IMG/VR virus record: IMGVR_UViG_3300042542_002992
Location: 1-62,327 of that record
DNA length: 62,327 nt
Reading direction: 5' to 3' (one strand)
DNA from: a virus
Taxonomy: Duplodnaviria > Caudoviricetes
This document shows positions 19,257 through 28,358 of the stretch, piece by piece. The stretch's first letter is position 1. The number at the start of each line of letters is the position of its first letter. The notes under the pieces are model-generated. The model was not told the DNA's origin. It was given only the letters and a program-made list of their open reading frames with translations, and did no database searches. The position numbers and the translations under genes were made by a program.

Positions 19257-20443
19257 TGTTTTGGGATACTGAACCGGCGAAACCGGAATTCAACTACATG
19301 GATGAAAAGAAAAAGTTCATAGATAATATGGACTATCTTTCATCTATGTCAGTAGAAGAACAAACTCTTTACAAAAAATGGGAAGAGTGGAATTCCGACC
19401 TACCATCCTCTATGAAGAGGAAGGCTGCTATGGCTACTTATATTGATTCTTTGTGGATGCCAACTGACATCTACAATAAAGAACAAACCATAAAAGAAGT
19501 CATGGCACTCGAACCCTATGTAGAGATTGTTGATGATTCAAAAGAATCTACTCGTTGGACTGAAATCCGTAAACTCATTCACACCATGGCTTTTTCAGCC
19601 AATCCAGGTCGTAACGTTAAGATTTACGTTAAAGATAGGGTAAGTGGTAAAGTGTTGGGTATGATTTCGCTCGGTTCAGATGTCACCTCTTTGGGTGTTA
19701 GGGATTCCTATATTGGTTGGACTCAAGATAACAAGTATAAAGATGGAAAGTTAAACCACACTACGATTGCAACTACAATCGTATGTACACAACCATTGGG
19801 TTATAACTTTTTGGGTGGTAAACTTATTGCTTGTATGGCCACGTCTCCTATTGTACGACAATATTGGAAAGACAAATATGGTCAGACGTTGATTGCAGTT
19901 GGAACTACATCTTTATATGGAATCCATTCACAATATAATGGAATCCCTCACTTCAAAACACTTGGTGAATCCGCAGGTAAAGTTGCTATTAAACCAGATG
20001 ATTCTGTATATGAAGTATGGCATCATTGGTTAAAGGATAACAAGTCTGAAGAGTACATGAGACAAACTGCCGAAAAGGAGAATGTTGATGGACCTGCTAC
20101 CGGAGTAAAACAAAAAATTATCAATATGATATTCAAAGAACTTGGTATCAAGGCTTCTAAATATCAACATGGATTTAAGAGGGGTGTATACTTTGCTCAA
20201 ATGTATGAAAATGGTAATGAGTTTCTCCGAAACGAAATCACCGAGGACCAGTTGGTATTGAAAGATAAGTTCGCAAAAGGTGACCAATACACTATGGATT
20301 GGTGGAAGAAGAAGGCTGTTTCTCGTTATGAAAAACTACATGATGAGGGTCGTATTAAACCTGAACCATTGTTTTATCTTGATATTATTGGTATGTCTTG
20401 GGAGGCTGCAAAAGAAAAGTATTTAAACGAAGTAGGAAGATGA
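19256..20443 (+). CDS. DUF4338 / Druantia DruA-like protein
   Basis: PGR...V.D..SGKVLG.I.LGS.V..L.VRD.YIGW, P.GYN.LGGKL.A, TTSLYG..SQYN, LGE..G motifs. Confidence 0.75.
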   Translation: MFWDTEPAKPEFNYMDEKKKFIDNMDYLSSMSVEEQTLYKKWEEWNSDLPSSMKRKAAMATYIDSLWMPTDIYNKEQTIKEVMALEPYVEIVDDSKESTRWTEIRKLIHTMAFSANPGRNVKIYVKDRVSGKVLGMISLGSDVTSLGVRDSYIGWTQDNKYKDGKLNHTTIATTIVCTQPLGYNFLGGKLIACMATSPIVRQYWKDKYGQTLIAVGTTSLYGIHSQYNGIPHFKTLGESAGKVAIKPDDSVYEVWHHWLKDNKSEEYMRQTAEKENVDGPATGVKQKIINMIFKELGIKASKYQHGFKRGVYFAQMYENGNEFLRNEITEDQLVLKDKFAKGDQYTMDWWKKKAVSRYEKLHDEGRIKPEPLFYLDIIGMSWEAAKEKYLNEVGR

Positions 20444-21354
20444 GTAATACACTATGGGTTGAAAAATATAGACCCGATACGTTAGAAGGTTATGTTGGTA
20501 ACGAACATATCCTTGAAAAAGTAAAGATTTACATCCAAAATGAGGATGTACCACACTTGTTATTGTATGGTCAAGCCGGTACGGGTAAAACCACATTGGC
20601 TAAAATCATAACAAATCAGATTGATTGTGATGTTATGTACATCAATGCTTCTGATGAAAACAACGTTGACACTGTTCGTGATAAGATTCGAGGTTTCGCA
20701 TCATCCATGGGATTCCGTAAATGGAAAATCATCATCTTGGATGAGTCTGATTACTTGACACCAAACGCACAAGCAGCTCTTCGAAATCTGATGGAAACTT
20801 TTAGTAAGTCGACTCGATTTATTTTGACGTGTAATTATGTTGAAAAAATCATCGACCCAATCCAATCAAGATGTCAGACATTCGCTATCACCCCACCATC
20901 AAAGAAGGATGTTGCAAAACGACTCAATGAAATTCTAAATCAAGAAGGTGTTGAGTTTGAAATGTCAGATTTGGCTGTGATTGTTAATAGTGGATATCCC
21001 GACATTCGTAGGGTATTGAACGCTGCTCAACGACAAGTCATTAATGGTAAGTTGGTAATAGACAAACAATCTACGATTCAAGCAAACTACGCAGAAGAAG
21101 TTGTTAAGGTTCTTCAGAGTAGTAGTGATGCTAAATCTAAATTTGTGAGTATCCGACAAATTATCGCTGATTCCGGCGTCAAGGATTTCACTCCGTTGTA
21201 TCGTTTGTTGTACGACCGAGTTGATGATTATGCTAACAACAAAGTGGGTCAGACTATCTTAAACATCGCAGATGGTCAATACAAAGACACCATGGTAGTG
21301 GACAAAGAAATAAATGTAATGGCGATGATGTTGAATATTATAACAAGTATCTAA
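20440..21354 (+). CDS. clamp loader AAA+ subunit (gp44/RFC small subunit)
   Basis: WVEKYRP, GQAGTGKTT, INASDE, LDESD, QAALR, QSRC. Confidence 0.95.
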   Translation: MSNTLWVEKYRPDTLEGYVGNEHILEKVKIYIQNEDVPHLLLYGQAGTGKTTLAKIITNQIDCDVMYINASDENNVDTVRDKIRGFASSMGFRKWKIIILDESDYLTPNAQAALRNLMETFSKSTRFILTCNYVEKIIDPIQSRCQTFAITPPSKKDVAKRLNEILNQEGVEFEMSDLAVIVNSGYPDIRRVLNAAQRQVINGKLVIDKQSTIQANYAEEVVKVLQSSSDAKSKFVSIRQIIADSGVKDFTPLYRLLYDRVDDYANNKVGQTILNIADGQYKDTMVVDKEINVMAMMLNIITSI

Positions 21355-21356
21355 AA

Positions 21357-21629
21357 ATGGCAAAAGGTAAAGTAATCGAAATGGGTAAGAAATCTAATGA
21401 GGCTATGAAAATGCAATTAGACCCATTTAAACTAAAGACAGTAGAATGTCCTAATTGTGAAGGTATCTTCTTCACCGAGGTAAATATGTTTAAAGAAGTT
21501 CCTGCTTTACAATCACCAACCGGTCAAGCATCACTGCTACCAATTCCCGTTGTGATTTGTAACGAATGTGGAACTGTACATCCTAAATTTACACCGAAAG
21601 AACTATTTGAAAATGGCGAAGAAAAGTGA
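21357..21629 (+). CDS. zinc-ribbon protein
   Basis: CPNC...CNECG. Confidence 0.7.
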   Translation: MAKGKVIEMGKKSNEAMKMQLDPFKLKTVECPNCEGIFFTEVNMFKEVPALQSPTGQASLLPIPVVICNECGTVHPKFTPKELFENGEEK

Positions 21630-22068
21630 TGAAAATGTCGTAAAGGCAAAATCACTTTTTGACCACCTTGGGGGGATTACCTACAAAAAAGATAAGTGGG
21701 AATCCCTCTCCGAGATGGACAAGAAATCCTTTGAGATGTATATGGTCAATCGATTTCTATCTATGAATCTTGACTACCTTGAATTAGTAAATGAGATTCA
21801 ACGCTATACTAATGGTCAGTTGAAACCTCGTGAACTATATAAAGTGTATTTAGATACATTGCCAAAAAAGAAATCGTTCGATAAATACGTCAAGGGTAAG
21901 TCTGAATCGAAGTGGGACAAAAATGTGATAAAGTACCTTTGTCAGTATTACCAAGTATCATCTCGTGAAGTAGAAGACTATCTTGAAATCTTATCAAAGG
22001 ATGAGGTGTTGACAATCATACAAAAATACGGAATCAAAAAAGAAGAAATACAAAAATGGCTGAAGTAA
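21613..22068 (+). CDS. clamp loader accessory subunit (gp62-like)
   Basis: F..YMVNRFLSM, PKKK.F.KY.K, YY.VS.RE..DYL.IL; position after gp44. Confidence 0.75.
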   Translation: MAKKSDENVVKAKSLFDHLGGITYKKDKWESLSEMDKKSFEMYMVNRFLSMNLDYLELVNEIQRYTNGQLKPRELYKVYLDTLPKKKSFDKYVKGKSESKWDKNVIKYLCQYYQVSSREVEDYLEILSKDEVLTIIQKYGIKKEEIQKWLK

Positions 22069-22463
22069 TTAAAGAAGCAAAGACAAAAGTAGAGTGGACT
22101 AAAGAAGAAGTCTTAAATACACCAGATATGAGCGCTCGCTCCTATTGTGAGCAATATTATCCTGAAACTACTGAAGAGTATAAGAGGATTATGTGGGAAC
22201 AATACGAAACCTTTTGTAAAAAACAACGTAACTATGGTCCGGGTAACATCTCGGTTGGTACTGCTCTTGCTACCAAAGATGATGTTAAACTATCTCATAC
22301 CGGATTGTGGTTTAGAATCAATGATAAAGTTCAGAGACTAAAACAAATGATTGTTTTGGGTCAGCCGGATGAGGTTGGAGAATCGGTTCAAGATACATTT
22401 GCTGACCTTTCAGTATATGGTATCATTGCTCAGATTGTTCAGAACGGAAAGTGGGGAAAATAA
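22056..22463 (+). CDS. DUF1599 / nucleotide-modification-associated domain 1 (MazG-like fold)
   Basis: KKQRNYG..NI, FRINDKVQRL, ESVQDTFADLSVYGII. Confidence 0.75.
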   Translation: MAEVIKEAKTKVEWTKEEVLNTPDMSARSYCEQYYPETTEEYKRIMWEQYETFCKKQRNYGPGNISVGTALATKDDVKLSHTGLWFRINDKVQRLKQMIVLGQPDEVGESVQDTFADLSVYGIIAQIVQNGKWGK

Positions 22464-22475
22464 TTTCTCCAAACG

Positions 22476-22507
22476 TTTGGCAGTTTCAAAAAAAATCATT
22501 ATATTTG
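22476..22507 (+). promoter_or_regulatory. Bacteroidota-type promoter
   Basis: TTTG(22476)-N20-TATATTTG(22500). Confidence 0.75.
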
Positions 22508-22512
22508 TGTAG

Positions 22513-23460
22513 ATGAAAAAATCACTTGTTTCCAACATATTCAGTTTTCCAACGTATGAAGAGAAGAAAGAACACTCCAAGGTGTCTTACTCTCAATACA
22601 CCATGTGGGCTAATTGCCCAAAACAATGGAAACTTACATATATGGATGGTCACAAGAAAGATGAGTCATCTATACATTTGATTTTTGGTACTGCTATGCA
22701 CGAGGTTGTTCAAGAATGGCTTAACGTCATTTACAACGATAGTGTTAAATCCGCTGAAGAGATGGACTTAAACACCATGTTACGAGATACCATGGCTTCC
22801 GAGTATAAGAAAGCCATGGCTATCTATGGTGTTAAGTTTACATCACGAGAACAAATGAATGAGTTTTATCAAGATGGTGTTGAGATTCTAAACTTTCTAC
22901 AAAAGAAACGAGGTGAATATTTCAGTACACGTCATTATAAACTTGTTGGTATTGAGTTACCCATCTACCACCCTACCGATACAAATGAAAATGTAATGAT
23001 GAAGGGATTCCTTGATTTGGTATTCGAAGACGTTACAATGAATCGTATTGTAATCTTTGATATCAAAACATCAACTAATGGGTGGAACAAGTACCAAAAG
23101 GCAGATAAAACCAAAACCGCTCAGTTGGTATTGTATAAGAAGTTTTTCTCTAAACAATACGGATATCCGGTGGATAATATCCAAGTTAAATATTTCATCC
23201 TTAAACGTAAGTTATATGAGGAAGTTATGTTTGCTCAAAGTAGAATTCAAGAATTTGAACCTGCTGCTGGGAGTGTGACTTTAAAACAAATATCTACTAA
23301 TTTCGAAACCTTTATCAAGTCAGCGTTTAACGATGATGGTTCTTATAGGACTGATGGTACGTTTCCAGCTATGGCAGGTGATAAAGGTAAGAATTGTAAA
23401 TATTGTCCATTCAAGGATAATCATGACCTTTGTGCAAAAGCAGAGAGGCATAAAGTGTAA
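22513..23460 (+). CDS. PD-(D/E)XK exonuclease (RecB/Cas4-like)
   Basis: SYSQ...CP, FGTAMH, E...GFLD...DIKTS, QL.LY, CKYCPF...C. Confidence 0.88.
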   Translation: MKKSLVSNIFSFPTYEEKKEHSKVSYSQYTMWANCPKQWKLTYMDGHKKDESSIHLIFGTAMHEVVQEWLNVIYNDSVKSAEEMDLNTMLRDTMASEYKKAMAIYGVKFTSREQMNEFYQDGVEILNFLQKKRGEYFSTRHYKLVGIELPIYHPTDTNENVMMKGFLDLVFEDVTMNRIVIFDIKTSTNGWNKYQKADKTKTAQLVLYKKFFSKQYGYPVDNIQVKYFILKRKLYEEVMFAQSRIQEFEPAAGSVTLKQISTNFETFIKSAFNDDGSYRTDGTFPAMAGDKGKNCKYCPFKDNHDLCAKAERHKV

Positions 23461-23476
23461 TCAATAAAACAAACAT

Positions 23477-24043
23477 ATGATTTACAGTTACGACAAAAAA
23501 CGACTACAATTTAAAAAAATCAAACTTGTAAAACCATCGTTGGTTCTATTCGCAGCAATGGTATCCTTAACGATAACTTCATATCTCGTTGGTAGATATC
23601 AGAATATCAAAAGTCTTTCACAATTTGAAAAAAATGTAGTTTTGGTTAACATGAATTCAGAACCATTCAATGAAGAAGAGTTGGTGGTGTTGATGAAAGA
23701 ATTGAAAATAAAGTTTCCACATATTGTTATGGCGCAATCTATCTTGGAAACTGGTGATTTTAAATCTCATATTTTTAAAGAAAATCATAACTTATTTGGT
23801 ATGAAACAGGCGATGTCTCGTGTAAATACCGCAAAAGGTACTAAAAACAACCACGCTTATTATGATACATGGGAAGAGTCGGTTTACGATTACGCATTTT
23901 ACCAATGTAGATTTTTAGGTGGTATTGGTAGTGAAGAGGATTATTTTAAATATTTAGGAAATAGTTACGCTGAAGCTGGAAACTACGTTGTTATGTTGAA
24001 GAAAGTTATTGAGGACCGTAAATTAAAAGAAAAGTTTCAATGA
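23477..24043 (+). CDS. glucosaminidase (GH73/FlgJ-like) with N-terminal TM segment
   Basis: AQSILETG, HNLFGMK, YDTWEESV.DY, YAE..NY. Confidence 0.85.
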   Translation: MIYSYDKKRLQFKKIKLVKPSLVLFAAMVSLTITSYLVGRYQNIKSLSQFEKNVVLVNMNSEPFNEEELVVLMKELKIKFPHIVMAQSILETGDFKSHIFKENHNLFGMKQAMSRVNTAKGTKNNHAYYDTWEESVYDYAFYQCRFLGGIGSEEDYFKYLGNSYAEAGNYVVMLKKVIEDRKLKEKFQ

Positions 24044-24501
24044 TAAGAAAACCAAAAAGTTCAGTAAGAGTGAAGATTAACTATAGGTTTAAAAAGGACA
24101 AGGGCATGAAAGTAGCATTAATTGGGAGCGAGAGATATGAGACTCGTGGTGAATTAAAAGAAATGCTATTCAAATTAAAACAAAAATACGCAGATGATTT
24201 AATCATTATTAGTAGAGGAAACCAAGATGGTATAGAAAAGTGGGTTCGTAAGTTTAGTTTAGAAATGGGTATCAAATATATTGAATACAACCCAGCACAT
24301 ACGCCAATGAATTTATATAGTGGGATGACTGAAGAATACTACGAAAAACCATTTCACCCTACACAAAAACTACATCAGTATGACACTATAGTTTGGAATG
24401 CTGATAAGATAATTTACTTTGGAGAAATACCTCGAAGTGAATTCAATCACTTTAAACGTGTATTGGAAAGAAACAACAAAAAAGCAACATTTATACAATA
24501 A
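24040..24501 (+). CDS. SLOG/DprA-like (YspA/DUF2493-type) protein
   Basis: KVALIGS, IISRG...GIE, IV..AD.IIYF. Real start may be the downstream MKVAL ATG. Confidence 0.6.
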   Translation: MIRKPKSSVRVKINYRFKKDKGMKVALIGSERYETRGELKEMLFKLKQKYADDLIIISRGNQDGIEKWVRKFSLEMGIKYIEYNPAHTPMNLYSGMTEEYYEKPFHPTQKLHQYDTIVWNADKIIYFGEIPRSEFNHFKRVLERNNKKATFIQ

Positions 24502-24509
24502 TACTTCTA

Positions 24510-24535
24510 TATTTATTAGAAATAGAGTTACGATA
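24510..24535 (+). promoter_or_regulatory. late-type TATTTAT motif plus leader, near-duplicate of 59071-59096
   Basis: TATTTATTAGAAATAGAGTTACGATA vs TATTTATTATAAATGGAGTTACGATA, 24/26 identical. Confidence 0.55.
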
Positions 24536-25953
24536 TGCAAGAATTAAAATTACCTAAACTTAAAAAGGTAGACCCAAATCGTCCAAAAAAGAAGAAGATT
24601 CTTTTATTGTCAGATGACTTGAGACTACATAGCGGAATCGCTACACAATCCAAAGAGATTGTTATTTCAACATTACATAAATACGATTGGGTACAATTAG
24701 GCGCTGCCTTAAAACATCCTGACCATGGTAAAGTTTTTGATGTATCTGAAGATGCTTCAAAAGAAGCTGGTATTGAAGATGGTAGTGTTAAGATTTATGC
24801 ACATACGGGATATGGTAATCCCGAAGTTTTACGAGAATTGATAAACGTTGAAAAGCCAGATGCTATCATGCACTTCACCGACCCTCGTTTTTGGGGATGG
24901 TTATATGACATGGAGCTTGAGGTTCGTCAATTCTTACCTATTATTTACTACAATATTTGGGACGATTTACCAGACCCAATGTGGAATGCTCCGTTCTATG
25001 CAAGTTGTGACCAATTGATTTCGATTTCAAAACAAACATATGGTATCAACAAAAGAGTTTTGGAAAAGTATGGTATGCCAAAAGAAGATTGGTGTTACAA
25101 GTATATTCCACATGGTGTATCAAAGATGTTCTATCCATTACCATCAGATGATTCAAATCTTGTTAACTTTAAGAAACAATATGGTCTTGACAAGTATGAC
25201 TTTGTAGTTTTATGGAATAATAGAAACATTCGTAGAAAATCTCCAGGTGACGTAGTTCTTGCATTCAATGAGTTTGCCAAACGTAACCAAGATAAGAAAG
25301 TTTGTTTATTCATGCACACCGAACGTGTTTCAGAACATGGTACTGATATACCTGAAGTAATCAAAATGAATGGTGAGTTTGGTGATTACAAGTTTACAAA
25401 CGGCCCCATGTCAACTCAAGACCTAAATCTATATTATAATTCGGGTGACATCATTCTAAATGTTGGTTCTAACGAGGGATTTGGTTTGGCTTCGTGTGAA
25501 GCTCTACGAGCCGGAACTCCTATTATCGTTAACATTACTGGTGGATTACAAGACCAGTGTGGTTTCGAATTATTTGGATTACCATTGGGTGCCGAAAATT
25601 ATGTAGAGATTGGGTCATTACACAATGATAGAGAATGGAAGGGTTCAAGTGACTTATCTTCAGGTGTATGGTCGTTTCCAGTATGGCCGAGTAATAGGTC
25701 ATTACAAGGGTCTCCGATGACTCCTTATATTTTTGATGACCGATGTGATTATTACGATGTTGCTCTTGAACTTCAAAATGCATTTGAGATGGGTAGAGAG
25801 AAATTAGAAATCTATGGCCAAAAAGGACATGAGTGGGTTATTGGTGATGGTGATATGGCATCTGAAACCATGGGTCTGAAGTTTATTGACGCATTTGAGG
25901 ATTGTTTTAAAAATTGGACACCTCGTAAACGATTTGATATTTATAAAGCATGA
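24535..25953 (+). CDS. GT4 glycosyltransferase
   Basis: IPHG, NRNIRRK, NEGFGL..CEA..AGTPII...TGGL.DQ. Confidence 0.9.
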   Translation: MQELKLPKLKKVDPNRPKKKKILLLSDDLRLHSGIATQSKEIVISTLHKYDWVQLGAALKHPDHGKVFDVSEDASKEAGIEDGSVKIYAHTGYGNPEVLRELINVEKPDAIMHFTDPRFWGWLYDMELEVRQFLPIIYYNIWDDLPDPMWNAPFYASCDQLISISKQTYGINKRVLEKYGMPKEDWCYKYIPHGVSKMFYPLPSDDSNLVNFKKQYGLDKYDFVVLWNNRNIRRKSPGDVVLAFNEFAKRNQDKKVCLFMHTERVSEHGTDIPEVIKMNGEFGDYKFTNGPMSTQDLNLYYNSGDIILNVGSNEGFGLASCEALRAGTPIIVNITGGLQDQCGFELFGLPLGAENYVEIGSLHNDREWKGSSDLSSGVWSFPVWPSNRSLQGSPMTPYIFDDRCDYYDVALELQNAFEMGREKLEIYGQKGHEWVIGDGDMASETMGLKFIDAFEDCFKNWTPRKRFDIYKA

Positions 25954-27227
25954 AAAAGTTATGTATAGTTAGTTGCCCGATTGCAACTCGAAGTGGTTAT
26001 GGTTCTCGAGCGCGAGATTTTGTACGTTCACTAATCCAAGTAAAGGGAGAGGAGTGGGACATCAAAATCCTACCTCAACGATGGGGTAATACACCACAAA
26101 CTGCGTTGACTGATGGTATTGATAATGACTTGATTTCACGATTGACAACATCGGTTACACAAAAGCCGGATGTTTGGATTCAGATTACAATCCCCAATGA
26201 GTTTCAACCGGTTGGTAATTTTAATATTGGAATTAGTGCGGTAATCGAAACTGATGCGGCAAGTCCTGCGTTCATCGAAGGTTGTAATAGAATGGACTTA
26301 ACAATTGTATCATCAAATCACTCCAAGAAAACTCTCGAAGTAAGTTATGATAAGTTGGATGAAAATACAAAACAAAAAATTGGTGAGTTAAAATTACAAA
26401 AGCCGGTCGAAGTTTTATTTGAGGGATTTGATGAGAATGTATATGATAATACCAAACCAATTCACAAGTCGGTTAATGATACACTGTCTTCAGTAAAAGA
26501 AGATTTTGCATTCTTATTTGTAGGTCATTGGTTACCAGGTGAGTTGATGCAAGATAGAAAGAACGTGAGTGGTTTGATTAAAACATTCCTTGAAAGTTTC
26601 AAGAATAAAACTAAAAAGCCCGCTCTGATTCTAAAGACATCAATTGTATCACCATCAATCACAAATGTACATGAAATCAAAAAACGTATAGATTTGATTA
26701 AATCTACGGTTGATTCAAAAAATCTACCTAACATTTATATTTTGGATGGTGACCTTTCAGATGATGAAATGAATTCACTATATAACCATTCGAAGGTTAA
26801 GGCTCATGTTTCATTGACGAGAGGTGAGGGTTTTGGTAGACCTCTATTAGAAGCTTGTATTAGTGGTAAACCCATTTTGGCATCAAATTGGAGTGGTCAT
26901 TTAGATTTCCTACATAAAGACTATAATTTCCTTGTTGGTGGTAATCTTGAACAAGTACACCCATCTGCTGCAAATGATTGGATTTTGAAAGAATCTAATT
27001 GGTTTACAATCAATTATAATGAGGTTTCGAACACAATGAAATATATTTATGAAAATCATAACAAGTGTTTGGAAATGTCAAGAAAAAATCGTAAATTTGT
27101 TAAAGACAATTTTACATTTAATAAGATGACCGAACGGCTTGGTGAGATATTAAATAATACAAATGCAGGTAAGGGGCCTCAACAAATGACCCTACAATTG
27201 CCTAAATTAAAGAAAATGAATGGCTGA
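25950..27227 (+). CDS. GT4 glycosyltransferase
   Basis: SGYG, FLFVG.W...DRKN, RGEGFGRPLLEA...GKP...WSGHLDF. Confidence 0.9.
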   Translation: MKKLCIVSCPIATRSGYGSRARDFVRSLIQVKGEEWDIKILPQRWGNTPQTALTDGIDNDLISRLTTSVTQKPDVWIQITIPNEFQPVGNFNIGISAVIETDAASPAFIEGCNRMDLTIVSSNHSKKTLEVSYDKLDENTKQKIGELKLQKPVEVLFEGFDENVYDNTKPIHKSVNDTLSSVKEDFAFLFVGHWLPGELMQDRKNVSGLIKTFLESFKNKTKKPALILKTSIVSPSITNVHEIKKRIDLIKSTVDSKNLPNIYILDGDLSDDEMNSLYNHSKVKAHVSLTRGEGFGRPLLEACISGKPILASNWSGHLDFLHKDYNFLVGGNLEQVHPSAANDWILKESNWFTINYNEVSNTMKYIYENHNKCLEMSRKNRKFVKDNFTFNKMTERLGEILNNTNAGKGPQQMTLQLPKLKKMNG

Positions 27228-27675
27228 TTTTAAAAGTCAACATAGGGTAAGAATGACCGACCCCACTCCGATTTCTAAAAGTAAATTGGAGAGGGGTATG
27301 GTTGCTAAAGTCAGATACAAAAAAGTATCAGGTGACATAGAAGAATATTTTGTATTTGTTCTACAACCAAAGTATATGGATTATTTCCATTGTATCGACT
27401 TGAAATACATCAAACCTAATGTATTTGAAAAGTTAGCGGAAGAATATCCCGAGATAAAAAGTACAAGTTCGAAGGTAAAGAAATTAGATTTAACAAAACT
27501 TCAGATAAACGAGAGTTCAAAACAATTCTACATGGCCGAAATCAAACGTAAAAAGTTGAGTGAAGGTTATAGAACTTTTGTAGAACGTAACATCACATCT
27601 ATAATTGTATTCAATTACAAATATGGTAAGTTTGATAGAATCGCACCCGAACAAGAACGAGAACAAATAGATTAA
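27220..27675 (+). CDS. hypothetical protein, weakly T4 gp2 (DNA end protector)-like
   Basis: Basic 151 aa; VFVL...FHCIDLKYI and YRTF resemble the gp2 family only loosely. Confidence 0.35.
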   Translation: MADFKSQHRVRMTDPTPISKSKLERGMVAKVRYKKVSGDIEEYFVFVLQPKYMDYFHCIDLKYIKPNVFEKLAEEYPEIKSTSSKVKKLDLTKLQINESSKQFYMAEIKRKKLSEGYRTFVERNITSIIVFNYKYGKFDRIAPEQEREQID

Positions 27676-27679
27676 GATT

Positions 27680-28306
27680 ATGAAAATTAGTTACGCAGTT
27701 ACGGTTTGCAATGAATTGGTGGAGATTCAAACTTTACTACCATTTTTGATAGCATCTAAACAACAACAAGACGAGATTGTTGTATTATTTGATAGTAAGA
27801 ACGGAACTCAAGAAGTAAAAGAATATCTTGAGTCCATGTCGACTCCATCATCGAAATTAAAATGGTTTTCTTATGACTTCGATGGTCATTTTGCAAACAT
27901 GAAAAATCGATTGACACAAGAATGTAGTGGTGATTACATTTTTCAGATTGACGCAGATGAAATCCCACAAGTAGATTTGATGGACAATCTTCATGAAATC
28001 CTAAACATAAATGATATTGATGTAATTCTTGTACCAAGGGTGAACACGGTAGAAGGGTTGACTCAAGAACATATTCAGAAATGGAGATGGAACGTCAATG
28101 AACAAGGGTGGGTCAATTGGCCGGATTACCAATGGAGAATCTATAAGAATTCAGATTCCATTCGTTGGGAAAACAAGGTACACGAAAAACTCGTTGGATT
28201 CGATACAATTTCAAATTTACCAATGGTAGAACAATTATCACTACAACACTCAAAAACTATTGATAGACAAGAACGACAAAATTCGTATTACGAAACCCTA
28301 TCGTGA
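27680..28306 (+). CDS. GT2 glycosyltransferase
   Basis: CNE, FA..KN, QIDADE, PDYQ.R, W..KVHE. Confidence 0.88.
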   Translation: MKISYAVTVCNELVEIQTLLPFLIASKQQQDEIVVLFDSKNGTQEVKEYLESMSTPSSKLKWFSYDFDGHFANMKNRLTQECSGDYIFQIDADEIPQVDLMDNLHEILNINDIDVILVPRVNTVEGLTQEHIQKWRWNVNEQGWVNWPDYQWRIYKNSDSIRWENKVHEKLVGFDTISNLPMVEQLSLQHSKTIDRQERQNSYYETLS

Positions 28307-28358
28307 ACGAACGTTTTGGAGACGAAACGTGTGTCATAAAGAAAATTTTTAATTTCCT

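Noticed and set aside
19256-20443. Complete Druantia defence system
   Set aside because: No DruE helicase or other dru genes; only the DruA-like gene is present.
22513-23460. Cas4 / CRISPR locus
   Set aside because: No repeat-spacer array or other cas genes; stand-alone RecB-like nucleases are common in phages.
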